Assembly (NCBI GenBank): GCA_947626715.1
Contig: CANQTG010000003.1
Location: 2,707-66,706 of the forward strand
DNA from: an uncultured Lachnospiraceae bacterium
GTDB lineage: Bacteria; Bacillota; Clostridia; Lachnospirales; Lachnospiraceae
Direction: 5' to 3'
Length of the DNA: 64,000 nucleotides
Both the position numbers and the translations under genes were made by a program. This document shows, piece by piece, positions 29,361 through 39,414 of this stretch. How positions within the stretch are numbered: position 1 is the stretch's first letter; every line of letters begins with the position of its first letter. The notes beneath the pieces were generated by a model, which saw only the letters and a program-made list of their open reading frames with translations, was not told where the DNA came from and ran no database searches.

Positions 29361-29826
29361 CGTTCTCTTTCCCTCCGTCATCCTTTTTTCCTTCTCCGAT
29401 CCCCTTTATGCCTTTTCTTTCTTCTTTGAGCGCCGTCACGATCCCGATCCCAAATATCAATACGATCAGGACGGCGATCACGCTTCCCCAAAGGAGGGCG
29501 CTCTGGCGCTGCTTTTCACTGCGGAGAGACTCATTCATGTCTTGTTCGGTTACAAAATCCAATTCCTGCATTTCCTCGGCCAGCTCTTTATCGGTATCCG
29601 CCTTTTTCAGCCGCGCCCGCTCCACATATACGCTCTGCCCGTCATACCAGACCGTGCACCATTTTTCCGCCATCTCCGTAACAAAGACCTCATCGCCGGC
29701 CGTCAGGCGCTCTGCGATCTTTGAGTCGGTACTTTTCCTCTCATAAAGGCAGGCATCCTGCGACAGCTTCATAAGGACTCCTTCTATCGCTTCGTCCGCT
29801 CCCATATGATTTCCCGCTTCATCCAC
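29341..29826 (-). CDS. SH3b-like domain protein with a single C-terminal TM helix
   Basis: LYERKSTDSKIAERLTAGDEVFV...WCTVWYDGQSVYV; TM ALLWGSVIAVLIVLIFGIGIVTAL; GTG start. Confidence 0.65.
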   Translation of the reverse strand: MDEAGNHMGADEAIEGVLMKLSQDACLYERKSTDSKIAERLTAGDEVFVTEMAEKWCTVWYDGQSVYVERARLKKADTDKELAEEMQELDFVTEQDMNESLRSEKQRQSALLWGSVIAVLIVLIFGIGIVTALKEERKGIKGIGEGKKDDGGKENDEMQRF

Positions 29827-29833
29827 CTTCTCT

Positions 29834-30784
29834 TTACCTCCCTTCTGTCAGAATATCCGCCACAAAGCGTCTGATATCCTCTAACACTTCTTTACGGCTC
29901 CACAGATATCCCTCTTTGCCGCCAAAACGCTCCGCATAGACGGTCTTCATATCATAACGGGCAGGCTCTTTTTTCAATTCATTGCAAAAATCCCCATTTT
30001 CCAATATCCGATACACTTCCGCGGCGCTGACCGGCTCTGTCGCTAGGTTCAGGATATGCAGCGAATCCGCAAGCCCGATCTGGAGATCCTTCCATAGTCT
30101 TGACAGCGGATAAAACTGATAGGCGCTTCTGCTGTCGGTAAAATGCAGGGCGCTGAATCCCTGTTTCTGAAACTCCGCTTTTAATTTTTCTTCCTCTATC
30201 CCGCTGCCTTGACATTGATAAAACCCGTTCCCCATATCCTGATAACTTTTTGCGATGAAGGCGCTGCCTTTTGCCAATTCATAATATTTTTCCGCCTTTA
30301 ATCTGCGGGGCACGGGATGCAGGAAATCATAAATAAAGTTCTTTTTCAGATTTTTTCCATAGAGCGCGGGGAGGCGTACCAGCAGGGAATCCGGGTATTC
30401 CTTCCTTACCGTCTTTTCCAGCCAAAACCGATTGGCCCCGTACCCCTTTCCATCTCCCCATTCTATCTTAGAATGCTCGTCCACTTTGAACGGCTGCGGA
30501 TAAACATCTATCGTACTGATCAGCGCCAGTCTGCGCGGCGCTATCGCCCTGATATTTTCAAGCGCCTGACAGATATGACGAAAGTCCTCTTCGGGATATG
30601 CATCCGCTAGATATTTTTCCGCCCGGACTCCCGCATATACCAGCAGATCGGGATGCAGCCCATAGGCATCCCGAATATCGCTCGCATGAAATCCCCTGTC
30701 AAACGCTCCGCTTGCATACAGATTACTTCCTACAAATCCCGTGCACCCGACTAATATCTTCACTTTCTTTTCCTCCTTCCTCAT
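29834..30784 (-). CDS. NAD-dependent epimerase/dehydratase-like protein (atypical extended SDR)
   Basis: GCTGFVG Rossmann motif, ISTIDVY, YGANR (YxxxR instead of YxxxK), RLPALYG. Confidence 0.82.
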   Translation of the reverse strand: MRKEEKKVKILVGCTGFVGSNLYASGAFDRGFHASDIRDAYGLHPDLLVYAGVRAEKYLADAYPEEDFRHICQALENIRAIAPRRLALISTIDVYPQPFKVDEHSKIEWGDGKGYGANRFWLEKTVRKEYPDSLLVRLPALYGKNLKKNFIYDFLHPVPRRLKAEKYYELAKGSAFIAKSYQDMGNGFYQCQGSGIEEEKLKAEFQKQGFSALHFTDSRSAYQFYPLSRLWKDLQIGLADSLHILNLATEPVSAAEVYRILENGDFCNELKKEPARYDMKTVYAERFGGKEGYLWSRKEVLEDIRRFVADILTEGR

Positions 30785-33523
30785 TCAACCCGCCGCAGGA
30801 GCAGGAAATTCGATCGGATTGACAAAGAGCTCCTTTACCTCGGCATTCTCGATCTCGATCTTAGAACCGTCCTGCGGGTAAGCGGAAAGCAGCACGCTTC
30901 CCCTCCCTCCCAGCAGCAAAACGGGGATACGCCTGTCCTGCATTTTATTGGGAATACAATACTTAATATCTGGACGTCCCGGCAGCGCTGCCGCCAGCAG
31001 TTCGTCACAGACATACGTATACAGATTGACATTGCCGCTTTCTAAAAAACTTCTCGTCTTATCGCTTTCATAACTCAGCGATACGTCCGCAAGCGCGTCG
31101 ATCGCTTGGTCGGCCTCGAATAGCAGGCGCACTTCCCGCTCCGAAAACCGCTCGATCGATACGCTTACAGAAACCCCCGGGATCGTCTGCTCTGTTTCCG
31201 CCTTTTCCCAGAACTGGCTGTAGGAAGTTTTCAGCGTTTTCACATAATCGCGAAATACTTCCTTATAAAAAAACCAATTCGCATTCATCATCCATATCCC
31301 ATAATCATAGTTCAGATCGATCGTCTGTACCTTTGGATACTCCCCTTCTCGAAAAATACGCAGATAGTCCTCCTGCTGCTTTTCCCCCAGCGCATGAATG
31401 ATATAGTCCCGCCCGGTGGGCTGATATCTTCCCGTCTCCGTCTCGAGTGCAGAAGCATAGGTAGAAAATATGGGATCCGTCCCTACGTAAGCGATCGCCG
31501 CGCTCAGATCCTGTGCACTCGCATTGGGATACTGCGCGTCGGCGCTCAGATATCCCTCCAATGTCGGGAAATAGACCCCCGCCCGCTCGCCAAACAGTCT
31601 TTCCGCCGCGGTATTAACCTCCGGCAGATTCGCGCTAAAGACCAGAAACGTCATAAAACACCCTGCCGTCCGTATCGGCCCCGCGCTGCGCAGCTTTGGC
31701 AGCAGGTAGGCCAATCCTCTGACCGTATAGGCGGCCATCGCCGAAAATACGAGCAGATACAGCAGGGCATGATTGGAATATCCCGATGAGATCAGATAAA
31801 AGGTCGCATTGATATAGGCGGTGAGCAGCATACAGGCCGCCGCGGCATAGGGAAACTGCCTGACCAGCCCCTCTCCGCGCTTTTTAACGATCTGCACGAT
31901 ATTGTACGCAATCATCAAAAGGGCCAGCATTGCGTACCGATTCAGATACAATTCGCGGATATTTATAAATTTACTTTCAATTTGCGGTCCATAATACCAT
32001 TTCTGATAGGATGCCGTTCCAAGCATTTCATACAGGTAAGCCGCCAAATGTCCCCTTGTCAAAACCGCCGCCACAAAAAGAAAGCCTAAAAAAGACAATG
32101 CGCCGTATAAGAGCAGTTCTTTTATAAGGATTCGAAGCTGCAGACGATACCGTAACGCCAGAAACAGAAAAAAGAGAACGCTGACGCTGAGGTACAGGGA
32201 AATCCCCGTATCATTGGAGTAGACAATGGCGCTCCCGGCAAGAAGCGCGGCCGCGCTCAGACAAAGCCTGCGTTGTCCGATAGAAACGCTTCCGATCCGT
32301 ACCGTTTTATTTTCTTCCAAATGACGGACCAGATATCCGCTTCCCCAAAGCGCCGGCAGGATAACGAAGCTGCGCAGCATACGCATAGAATCGTAAGATC
32401 TCTCCGATATGCCGTTGAGCGCGCTCTGTATCTCGACATTCAGATTCTGCGTAAGCGGAAGATGCGCAGAAACGCACAAAGCGGCCACGGAAGTCACGCA
32501 CAGGGCATAAATGCGGTTTCTGAGAATATAATTTGCTATGGCATACACAAACAGAAGATTCACCAGCGAGATCAAAGTATTACTGACAAACAGGCTGTCC
32601 GTAAAGCTGCCGCCCGCCAAAGCAGTCAGTATCCCGCCAATATACAGATGTCCCATCCCCAGATAGGCAGCAAAATCCCTCTGCGGGATCTGCCCGGCCA
32701 GCAGTCTGCGCCACACATTATAATTTTGAAAATCCCCGTTAATTGGAATATAATCCGAGAGCCATATCCTCGTAAGCCCCGCTTTGAGCGGGATCAGCAA
32801 AAGCCCCAGCCAAAGCAGCAGGCAGATTACCCCTTCCGCCGATACCGGCCTCCCGCCTTTTCGCTTGATCTTCCACGGCCCCGTCTTTAAAAAAGCTATG
32901 CCTGCGCCGCTTAAAAACCAGCTTGCCAAAAACAGCGCCGAAAGGCCGCTCTCTCCGGCAAGCACATCCGGCGCCACATCAAAAAGCTGCTCGTTGAGCA
33001 TACAGAGCCGCACGGACAAAAGAAGCAGCAGCGCGCCGACAATCGTCCCTTCCCACCGATTCGCATAAGAGCCGCTTGGAAAAGCCTTCTCTATCCCTTC
33101 CATAAGATATGCAAGCGGCAGCCCTAGACAGATCATATTCAGATACAGCGGAAATTCCGCGGTCAAAAAATGCATCCCCGCCAGAGAAAAACCAGTTAAG
33201 GCAGCCGACAGCGCCAGCTTCCCGCGCGCTTTTATACCCATTCTATGCAGCAAAAGATACAAAAAAAGTGTACCCGCCGTTCCCGGGACGACCCACAGCA
33301 GCGCCGGAAACAGACTGTCCCTGTGTCCCATCAGGATATGAAACACATATAAAACGCCGTATTCCTGTTCCCTGCGCAGCAAAAGCGCCAGCACATAAGC
33401 CGCGATGCCAAGAAGCAGCCCCGGGCAGAGCAGCCTGCGCGCCAGAAAACGCGCCGACATGCCTTCCCTGCGCCATATACAAAAACAGCACAGCAAAAAT
33501 ACCGGATAATACAATAATTTCAT
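30785..33523 (-). CDS. Large polytopic membrane protein, GT-C-like
   Basis: 912 aa, many TM segments, loop INGDFQNYN, C-terminal extracellular domain; inside the glycosylation cluster. GT-C function is inferred. Confidence 0.6.
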   Translation of the reverse strand: MKLLYYPVFLLCCFCIWRREGMSARFLARRLLCPGLLLGIAAYVLALLLRREQEYGVLYVFHILMGHRDSLFPALLWVVPGTAGTLFLYLLLHRMGIKARGKLALSAALTGFSLAGMHFLTAEFPLYLNMICLGLPLAYLMEGIEKAFPSGSYANRWEGTIVGALLLLLSVRLCMLNEQLFDVAPDVLAGESGLSALFLASWFLSGAGIAFLKTGPWKIKRKGGRPVSAEGVICLLLWLGLLLIPLKAGLTRIWLSDYIPINGDFQNYNVWRRLLAGQIPQRDFAAYLGMGHLYIGGILTALAGGSFTDSLFVSNTLISLVNLLFVYAIANYILRNRIYALCVTSVAALCVSAHLPLTQNLNVEIQSALNGISERSYDSMRMLRSFVILPALWGSGYLVRHLEENKTVRIGSVSIGQRRLCLSAAALLAGSAIVYSNDTGISLYLSVSVLFFLFLALRYRLQLRILIKELLLYGALSFLGFLFVAAVLTRGHLAAYLYEMLGTASYQKWYYGPQIESKFINIRELYLNRYAMLALLMIAYNIVQIVKKRGEGLVRQFPYAAAACMLLTAYINATFYLISSGYSNHALLYLLVFSAMAAYTVRGLAYLLPKLRSAGPIRTAGCFMTFLVFSANLPEVNTAAERLFGERAGVYFPTLEGYLSADAQYPNASAQDLSAAIAYVGTDPIFSTYASALETETGRYQPTGRDYIIHALGEKQQEDYLRIFREGEYPKVQTIDLNYDYGIWMMNANWFFYKEVFRDYVKTLKTSYSQFWEKAETEQTIPGVSVSVSIERFSEREVRLLFEADQAIDALADVSLSYESDKTRSFLESGNVNLYTYVCDELLAAALPGRPDIKYCIPNKMQDRRIPVLLLGGRGSVLLSAYPQDGSKIEIENAEVKELFVNPIEFPAPAAG

Positions 33524-35469
33524 TCTTCTCCCCCATACAAGATCTGCAGTTCGTTCGGAAAGCGAAAGGCAATCATTTTTTCCCGAAGCGATTCTTCTAC
33601 CTGCAGCTGCACATCAATATATCCGATCTCATCCCAGCAAAAGACGCCTGTTACCGGAAAGGAAACGCCGTTTGGAGCGGACAGCGCTGCGGCATGTTCC
33701 AGCCTGCTCCTGTTCTCCTGCGTCAGCTCAAAGCGCACAATTCCTGATTCTATAAATATCCCCGGATCCTCCGCTTTTTCATCTACATAAAGAGCCGCAT
33801 AACAGCCGTTCTTATCCAGAATCCTTTTGCCGATCTCTCCGCTTTCCCCCATTTCCCAGTAAACCCGCTCCTTATTCTCCAAATCGGAAACGACGGCTCC
33901 ATAATAGAGAGATTTCTGCCCTGCTTCATTATCTGCTATCAGGAATATCACATACCGCTTTCCCTGTTTCGCGGCAATGCCTTCCAGCTCCTCCAGTTTT
34001 TTCCCTTCATAAATATTTCTGTGAAACAGCAGCGTATCATACCCTCTGACTGCGATAACCGGAGCCTGTCCATAGACATTGTTATCCTCCCCGTATGCTT
34101 CTCGCAGCGCGGCGGCCAGAATCTCATTATTGCGGTAATCCCCGTCTACCGTCCAGCGATATCCGTTGCCGGGCAGATGAAAGGCCGTCAGCTCCAACAG
34201 CATGACACAGCAGGCAAAAATAACGAGCATACGCTGTAAAAGAAAGCTCCACTCCCCCGACCTTTTCATCGTATACAGCAGCAAAAAGAAAAGGAGCAGC
34301 AGCCAAACGCCCACCTTCATCCTGTCATAGCTGTATTCCAATGCATGTTCGCTCATCAAAAGATTTTCCAGACAGGCGGTCCCAGCCGCCAATGTCACCA
34401 GCCCCCGGTTTCCCAGCGCTTCCTTTCTGAGCGCGCCCCGAATCCGGGGCTCCATAAAGCAGATCCCTGCCAAGATCACCACCGCTCCGATTTCCATACT
34501 GAAGGAGTGGAGATATTCCGCTAGGATCCCAAAGCTCTTGTTTCCTTCACTGGCAAGGCTCCTCGCCAGTACGCGCTCCCCGACCAGCTCCCCGATTTTT
34601 GCCGGTTCCAATACCAGAGAATAATGGACGCCCAGAAGAGCCAGAGCCGCTAAGGAAGCAAGCGCGATCAAAAAGCAGGCGGATATGCAGCCTGCGGCGC
34701 TTTTTCGTTTTTTCTCCCCGTTTTCTTCTTTCCTCTCTCTTTTCTCCACGATGGCTTTCAAGCAGATACAGAACGCAAGGGCGGCATTCATAACATAAGC
34801 TGTCCACTCGATACAGGCCGCGGCAAACGCGCCGGCCGTTAGGAGCAGCAGCCAAAATCTGCGTTTCTTCCCGCTGCTTTCCAAATAGCGATACAGCCAG
34901 AAAAGCTGTCCGATCAGCAGGGGCTGATACAGATTCTGTCCCCAGTAGATATCCGCATTGCAGTGTAGAAGCTCCGGCGCCAGAAAATAAAACGCCGCCA
35001 GATAGAGCAGGATCGTACTGTGAGTAAAATATCTTCCATACATGGCGCGCAGCAGAAAAAATAATAAAATACTGCTCGCAAGGCCCAATATGCCCGTTAA
35101 AATACTCAGGCTCAGTTCGTTTATCTGCAGTCCCGGCAGCTTTAGGAACAGCCACGGTATTATAAAAGACAGCGGCATAAACGAAGTATAATAATAATTT
35201 CCGTTTTCATCCGCAAGACAGTCTCCCCATGGGATATTTTTATTTTCTTTCCCGCCCAGCGTTACGATAGGCAGCAGCTTATGAACGCTGACCGGCGTCT
35301 CTTCCATTGCCTGCGCGATCAAAAGCGTATGCCACGGGGCATCCGAATTTCGGACGTTCATCGTAGCGCTATTCGGCAGATCCCATAAAAATACCGCCAG
35401 ATACAGCAAAGTCAGCGCTATGATACAAACGCGGGTCTTTTCGTTTATGGCTCGATAAAAAGTCTGCAT
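33520..35469 (-). CDS. Polytopic membrane protein, GT-C-like
   Basis: TM1 followed by an acidic loop (NSDAPWH), about 10 TMs, C-terminal soluble domain; ATGA-coupled to the downstream gene. Confidence 0.6.
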   Translation of the reverse strand: MQTFYRAINEKTRVCIIALTLLYLAVFLWDLPNSATMNVRNSDAPWHTLLIAQAMEETPVSVHKLLPIVTLGGKENKNIPWGDCLADENGNYYYTSFMPLSFIIPWLFLKLPGLQINELSLSILTGILGLASSILLFFLLRAMYGRYFTHSTILLYLAAFYFLAPELLHCNADIYWGQNLYQPLLIGQLFWLYRYLESSGKKRRFWLLLLTAGAFAAACIEWTAYVMNAALAFCICLKAIVEKRERKEENGEKKRKSAAGCISACFLIALASLAALALLGVHYSLVLEPAKIGELVGERVLARSLASEGNKSFGILAEYLHSFSMEIGAVVILAGICFMEPRIRGALRKEALGNRGLVTLAAGTACLENLLMSEHALEYSYDRMKVGVWLLLLFFLLLYTMKRSGEWSFLLQRMLVIFACCVMLLELTAFHLPGNGYRWTVDGDYRNNEILAAALREAYGEDNNVYGQAPVIAVRGYDTLLFHRNIYEGKKLEELEGIAAKQGKRYVIFLIADNEAGQKSLYYGAVVSDLENKERVYWEMGESGEIGKRILDKNGCYAALYVDEKAEDPGIFIESGIVRFELTQENRSRLEHAAALSAPNGVSFPVTGVFCWDEIGYIDVQLQVEESLREKMIAFRFPNELQILYGGEE

Positions 35470-35477
35470 GGTTTCCC

Positions 35478-36422
35478 CTATTCTCTGGATATCTTTTCAA
35501 TGCTCCCATAGGTATATTTCTTTTTACGAAAGATCAAATGTACCAGAATGGACAAATATTTTATTACGATCGTCAATATGCCAAACAGGCCGCAGAACGC
35601 CAGAGACAAAAACAGCATAGTCGTCGTCCAGCCGGTGATCGCCCGCCCGTTCAGGAATATCCCGGCTGCATAGAGCGCGCAGATAAGCGTGACCAGCATC
35701 ATGCCGGTCGTCAGACGGACAGATATCTTATATCCCGCCTGCGTAAACAAGATCAAGGAATCCAGAGCCAGATTCATGCGGTATTCCGTCATCTCCCTCC
35801 TCTCTCCCGTCTGAAGTCCCGATACGCTGCTGTGATATGTGACACAGTCTGTATGCAGGCCGCAATTCGCGTATATCACCTTTCTATAAGGGATACTGTC
35901 GTTCATCATATGGATCCTGTTGATCGCCCGCCGCGACAGGATACGGAAGCGCTCCGTTTTCATATTGATCCGCTGCGCGGAGAATTTTTGGAATACCGTA
36001 TAGAAAACCCCGGAGCTTTTTCGCAGCTTTTGATCCGGCACAGCCGCCACGATATCATATCCTTCCTGAGACTTTCGATAAATCTCTTCAATAAGCCCTG
36101 TGTCATAGTCGCAGAGACAGGAATCAAATTCATAAACAAAATCCCCGATAGAAAGGTCATTCCCCGCATCCATCGACAGCTCCAGACCGTGAAAATGGCT
36201 CATCTGCAGCAGGGTCAGTGTGATATTTTCCCGCTCTTTTGCATAACGGCGTATCCTTTCCACGCTTTTATCCTCTGAAGCGTCGTCCACACAGATGATC
36301 TCAAACCGTTCAAACAGCCCTGAGAGCGCGCCGTGCAGCTTTGTTAAGAAATTCTCTACCGTTTCCTGATTATTTCTGATATAAACAACCGCGGATATAA
36401 AATTTTTCTCCTTATTCTCCAT
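35478..36422 (-). CDS. GtrB/ArnC-like GT2 protein with two C-terminal TMs (degenerate motifs)
   Basis: CVDDASEDKS, GYDIV, RRAINRI, GWTTTM plus TM pair. The usual PxYNE, RNFG and DADLQ motifs read YIRNN, SHFHG and DSCLC. Confidence 0.75.
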   Translation of the reverse strand: MENKEKNFISAVVYIRNNQETVENFLTKLHGALSGLFERFEIICVDDASEDKSVERIRRYAKERENITLTLLQMSHFHGLELSMDAGNDLSIGDFVYEFDSCLCDYDTGLIEEIYRKSQEGYDIVAAVPDQKLRKSSGVFYTVFQKFSAQRINMKTERFRILSRRAINRIHMMNDSIPYRKVIYANCGLHTDCVTYHSSVSGLQTGERREMTEYRMNLALDSLILFTQAGYKISVRLTTGMMLVTLICALYAAGIFLNGRAITGWTTTMLFLSLAFCGLFGILTIVIKYLSILVHLIFRKKKYTYGSIEKISRE

Positions 36423-37539
36423 CGCTTAGTACCTCATCCAGATCATATACGGTATTTATCTTGCCTGATAATACGCTGACAAAAGCAGGCGATTTTGTAT
36501 GAACGCGAATCACGGTAGGCCGCGAATCGTCGATTTCCGATGCCAGCAATATGGGTTTCATAGAAAAAAGGGAATGATGATAAGAAAAACGGTACTGCTC
36601 TTTTAAATATTTTTCCGCCAGATTTTTCATATAGGGGAACGCCGTTTCCGGCCTTTCCATACAGTGATTGCAATTCCCCAGACTTTCCGGGCTGCACGCC
36701 GAGCCCTCCCTTTTCTGACAGTCAAATTCCGGCAGGCTCTCATAACAGGTCATATGCGGCGTAAACGTCACAGAGGTCAGGGAATGCAGCCCCGTCCTGC
36801 CAAAAGGCATGATAGAAAAAAACGGGCCGTCCATTACCGTGATCCCCAGACCTTTTAATTCTTCCTGTACCTGACATAAAATAATCTCGCATAATTCATA
36901 TTTGATCGGAAACGGCTCTCCCTGTATTTTTTTAATGATCTGATTGGTAGAAGCATACGTCGCGTTGAGCAGAAACGGCGTATACAGGACGCTGCCATCC
37001 TCCGTATGCAGCTCATAAACGCCGCCGCTTTTCTGAATGGACTGCAGCTTTACCCCAAAGCGTAATTCCGCATTTTTTCTGATCTCCAGATTCTTTAGAA
37101 AATAGTTTTTAAGCAGCATAGCGTCATAGGTATATTCCCTTGTCAGGAAAGCGCCGTCGCACATACCGGCTTTAAAATAAGCGCCCTCATGAACCCTTTG
37201 GCAGAAGATTCCGGCCGCTTCGCAAAATTTTTGGAACTCGTCCGCATCCGTCCATGAAAATTCCCTCGAGGTAGCATAAATCTGCTCAAATTCCCCGTTG
37301 ATACAAAAATGGTAGTCTTTTACAAAACGTTCAAAATAACCGGCTGATTTTACCGCCGTCGCTAACGATCTCGGATAGTGGTATCCCATGTGCACCCTCG
37401 CCTGATTGACATAGGTCGCTCTGGAAAACGGTTTCGGATCGTATTCCAGAACCAGCACCCTTTCGCCCCGCCGCGCACAGAAATCGGCGGAATACAGGCC
37501 GTATATTCCTGCGCCGAGAATAATTTTGTCATACTCCAT
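36412..37539 (-). CDS. FAD-dependent oxidoreductase (DAO-like)
   Basis: IILGAGIYG dinucleotide-binding motif, NQARVHMGYHYPRS, VMDGPFFS, SGKINT. Confidence 0.87.
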   Translation of the reverse strand: MEYDKIILGAGIYGLYSADFCARRGERVLVLEYDPKPFSRATYVNQARVHMGYHYPRSLATAVKSAGYFERFVKDYHFCINGEFEQIYATSREFSWTDADEFQKFCEAAGIFCQRVHEGAYFKAGMCDGAFLTREYTYDAMLLKNYFLKNLEIRKNAELRFGVKLQSIQKSGGVYELHTEDGSVLYTPFLLNATYASTNQIIKKIQGEPFPIKYELCEIILCQVQEELKGLGITVMDGPFFSIMPFGRTGLHSLTSVTFTPHMTCYESLPEFDCQKREGSACSPESLGNCNHCMERPETAFPYMKNLAEKYLKEQYRFSYHHSLFSMKPILLASEIDDSRPTVIRVHTKSPAFVSVLSGKINTVYDLDEVLSDGE

Positions 37540-37601
37540 TTTCCTTTGTCCTTTCCTTCTTCCTCTGCCGCCGATCTGCGCGGACAGCGCCGTCCATATC
37601 C

Positions 37602-39393
37602 TTACCGCCTATAGAGGCGCACGTCTCCTCCCATTTGATATAACGTAAAATGAGAAGATTTCCCTATCCTTGTATAAACCGCGTCCGCCTTTTCTTTTCC
37701 GCTATCCGCATTCGAGAGTAAGAGAAGGCTCCCGTTTTCTATCCCTTCGATCTCTTCCGCTTCAAAGCAGATCCGTATCGGTATCTTTTTTACGGCATAT
37801 TGTATCAGGTCGATATAAATAAAATCTTCCGGGGAATAAAGATAATATACGCTGCCTTCCCGCGCATTCTCCTTTATCGCATCCGCCAGCTCCAGATCCG
37901 AGACATTATCCGCATTATGCGCATAAATATATTGATCTGCCGCACGAAATCCCAAGATCCCCCAGCAAAGAGACAACATGCTGATTCCTATCAAGCAGAA
38001 GCAACGCCTTTTTTTCATCAAATGAAATCCAAACAGCAATCCGCCGGACAAAAGCTCCGCCGAGAGCATACGCCATACCAGACGCCTCCCGCCGATCTGT
38101 CCCAGCGGAGAAAACAGGTACGAGATTCCAACGACAAAATATCCGTATATTCCCTTGACCGTATCAATATTCCCTGCATAGACCAGCCAAAGAGCCAGAA
38201 GGATCTCCGCCGCCGCGCAGCCCGCTATCAAACGCAGGGGACGTTGATGTTCTAAAAGCTCCGACATACCTAAACAGATCAAAAGCGGCGCAAATATTTC
38301 ATTATATCTGCCATAAAAGACAATATCCAGCCTTTCCTGCGTCATGGTAAAGACCGATGAAATGAAAAAATGCAGAAAAAATGACAAAAGCAGAAAAAGC
38401 GAGAGAATGTCCTCCGGCGCAGGGGATCCTATCCGTTTTTTCAGTCTGTCATACGCTTTTTTACAATGCCTCAGCAGAAAGCGGATCGCCCAAAAGCAGA
38501 GTCCTCCCGTCGCCGCCATAAGGTAATCCATCTTTCCCAAAAAGCTGAGCAGAAATCTTCTCTGCCCATCCGGCGTCAAAAGGGAGCCCAGCTTAGCCAT
38601 CTGCCCGCCGTATCCGTTTACATCCATCAATTCTTTGGGCATATGGCCATATAAATCCCTGACAAGGTCAAGTCTTACGATATCACCCAGAAAAAAGAAA
38701 AAAATCAAAGAAAATACCGTCAGCCAGAAACATTTTTTAGGCAGGAACCCCCGCAGGGTCCCGACGGCCAATACAAACAGAGCCGCCGCTCCAACCGCAA
38801 GCATACGCATGTGGACATAATACAGATAAACAAGCAGCAGAGCCAGCAATACGGCAGAGGGGCCGTCCTGCCGCCTAAATAAGCGCTCCATGCAAAGGAT
38901 CGACAACAAAAAAAGCGTGATCAGCAGCGTTTCCGACAGCGTCATCTGCACGTAAAAAATATGCGCCGCATAGGAGCCTCCCAGCAAGGACAATAAGAGC
39001 CTTTCCTGCCGTTTTCTGTCTTTACATAATATTCCCGCCGCCTTTCTCAAAAGCAGGATATTACAGAGAAACAGGCCGAGATTAAGCCCGACCGACATTC
39101 TGTATAACGCCGTCGCATCCTGTATCAGATACATCAACGGCAGCAGCAGCACACTGTAACCAAAGGAATAATAATACCCGAGCGAAACCGCGCGAGCCCA
39201 GTCATAGCCCAGCCATTTTGCCGCCGCAGCCCAATACCCGAACTCATCCGGGAAAAGCACCGGACAGAATATCCTGAGCTTGATAAATTGATATACGCTG
39301 AGAAATAAGCAGAAAAACAGCAGAAACAGAACGCATTTTTTTATCTGGCAGAAATTGATAACAGAAGGCGGCAAAAGATATTTTGCAGGACAT
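37602..39393 (-). CDS. GT-C-like polytopic membrane glycosyltransferase; 5' end ambiguous (possible frameshift at A7)
   Basis: TM1 followed by PDEFGYW (DE motif typical of GT-C enzymes), then many TMs. The only ATG with an RBS (39393) is out of frame with the body; the in-frame TTG at 39458 lies inside the upstream gene. Confidence 0.65.
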
Positions 39394-39403
39394 CTTCGCC
39401 GCC
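39367..39403 (-). terminator. Stem-loop after the Ser-rich gene, overlapping the GT-C start codon
   Basis: GGCGGCGAAGAT...ATCTTTTGCCGCC followed by TTCTGTTAT on the minus strand. Confidence 0.55.
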
Positions 39404-39414
39404 CTCCCCTTTTC

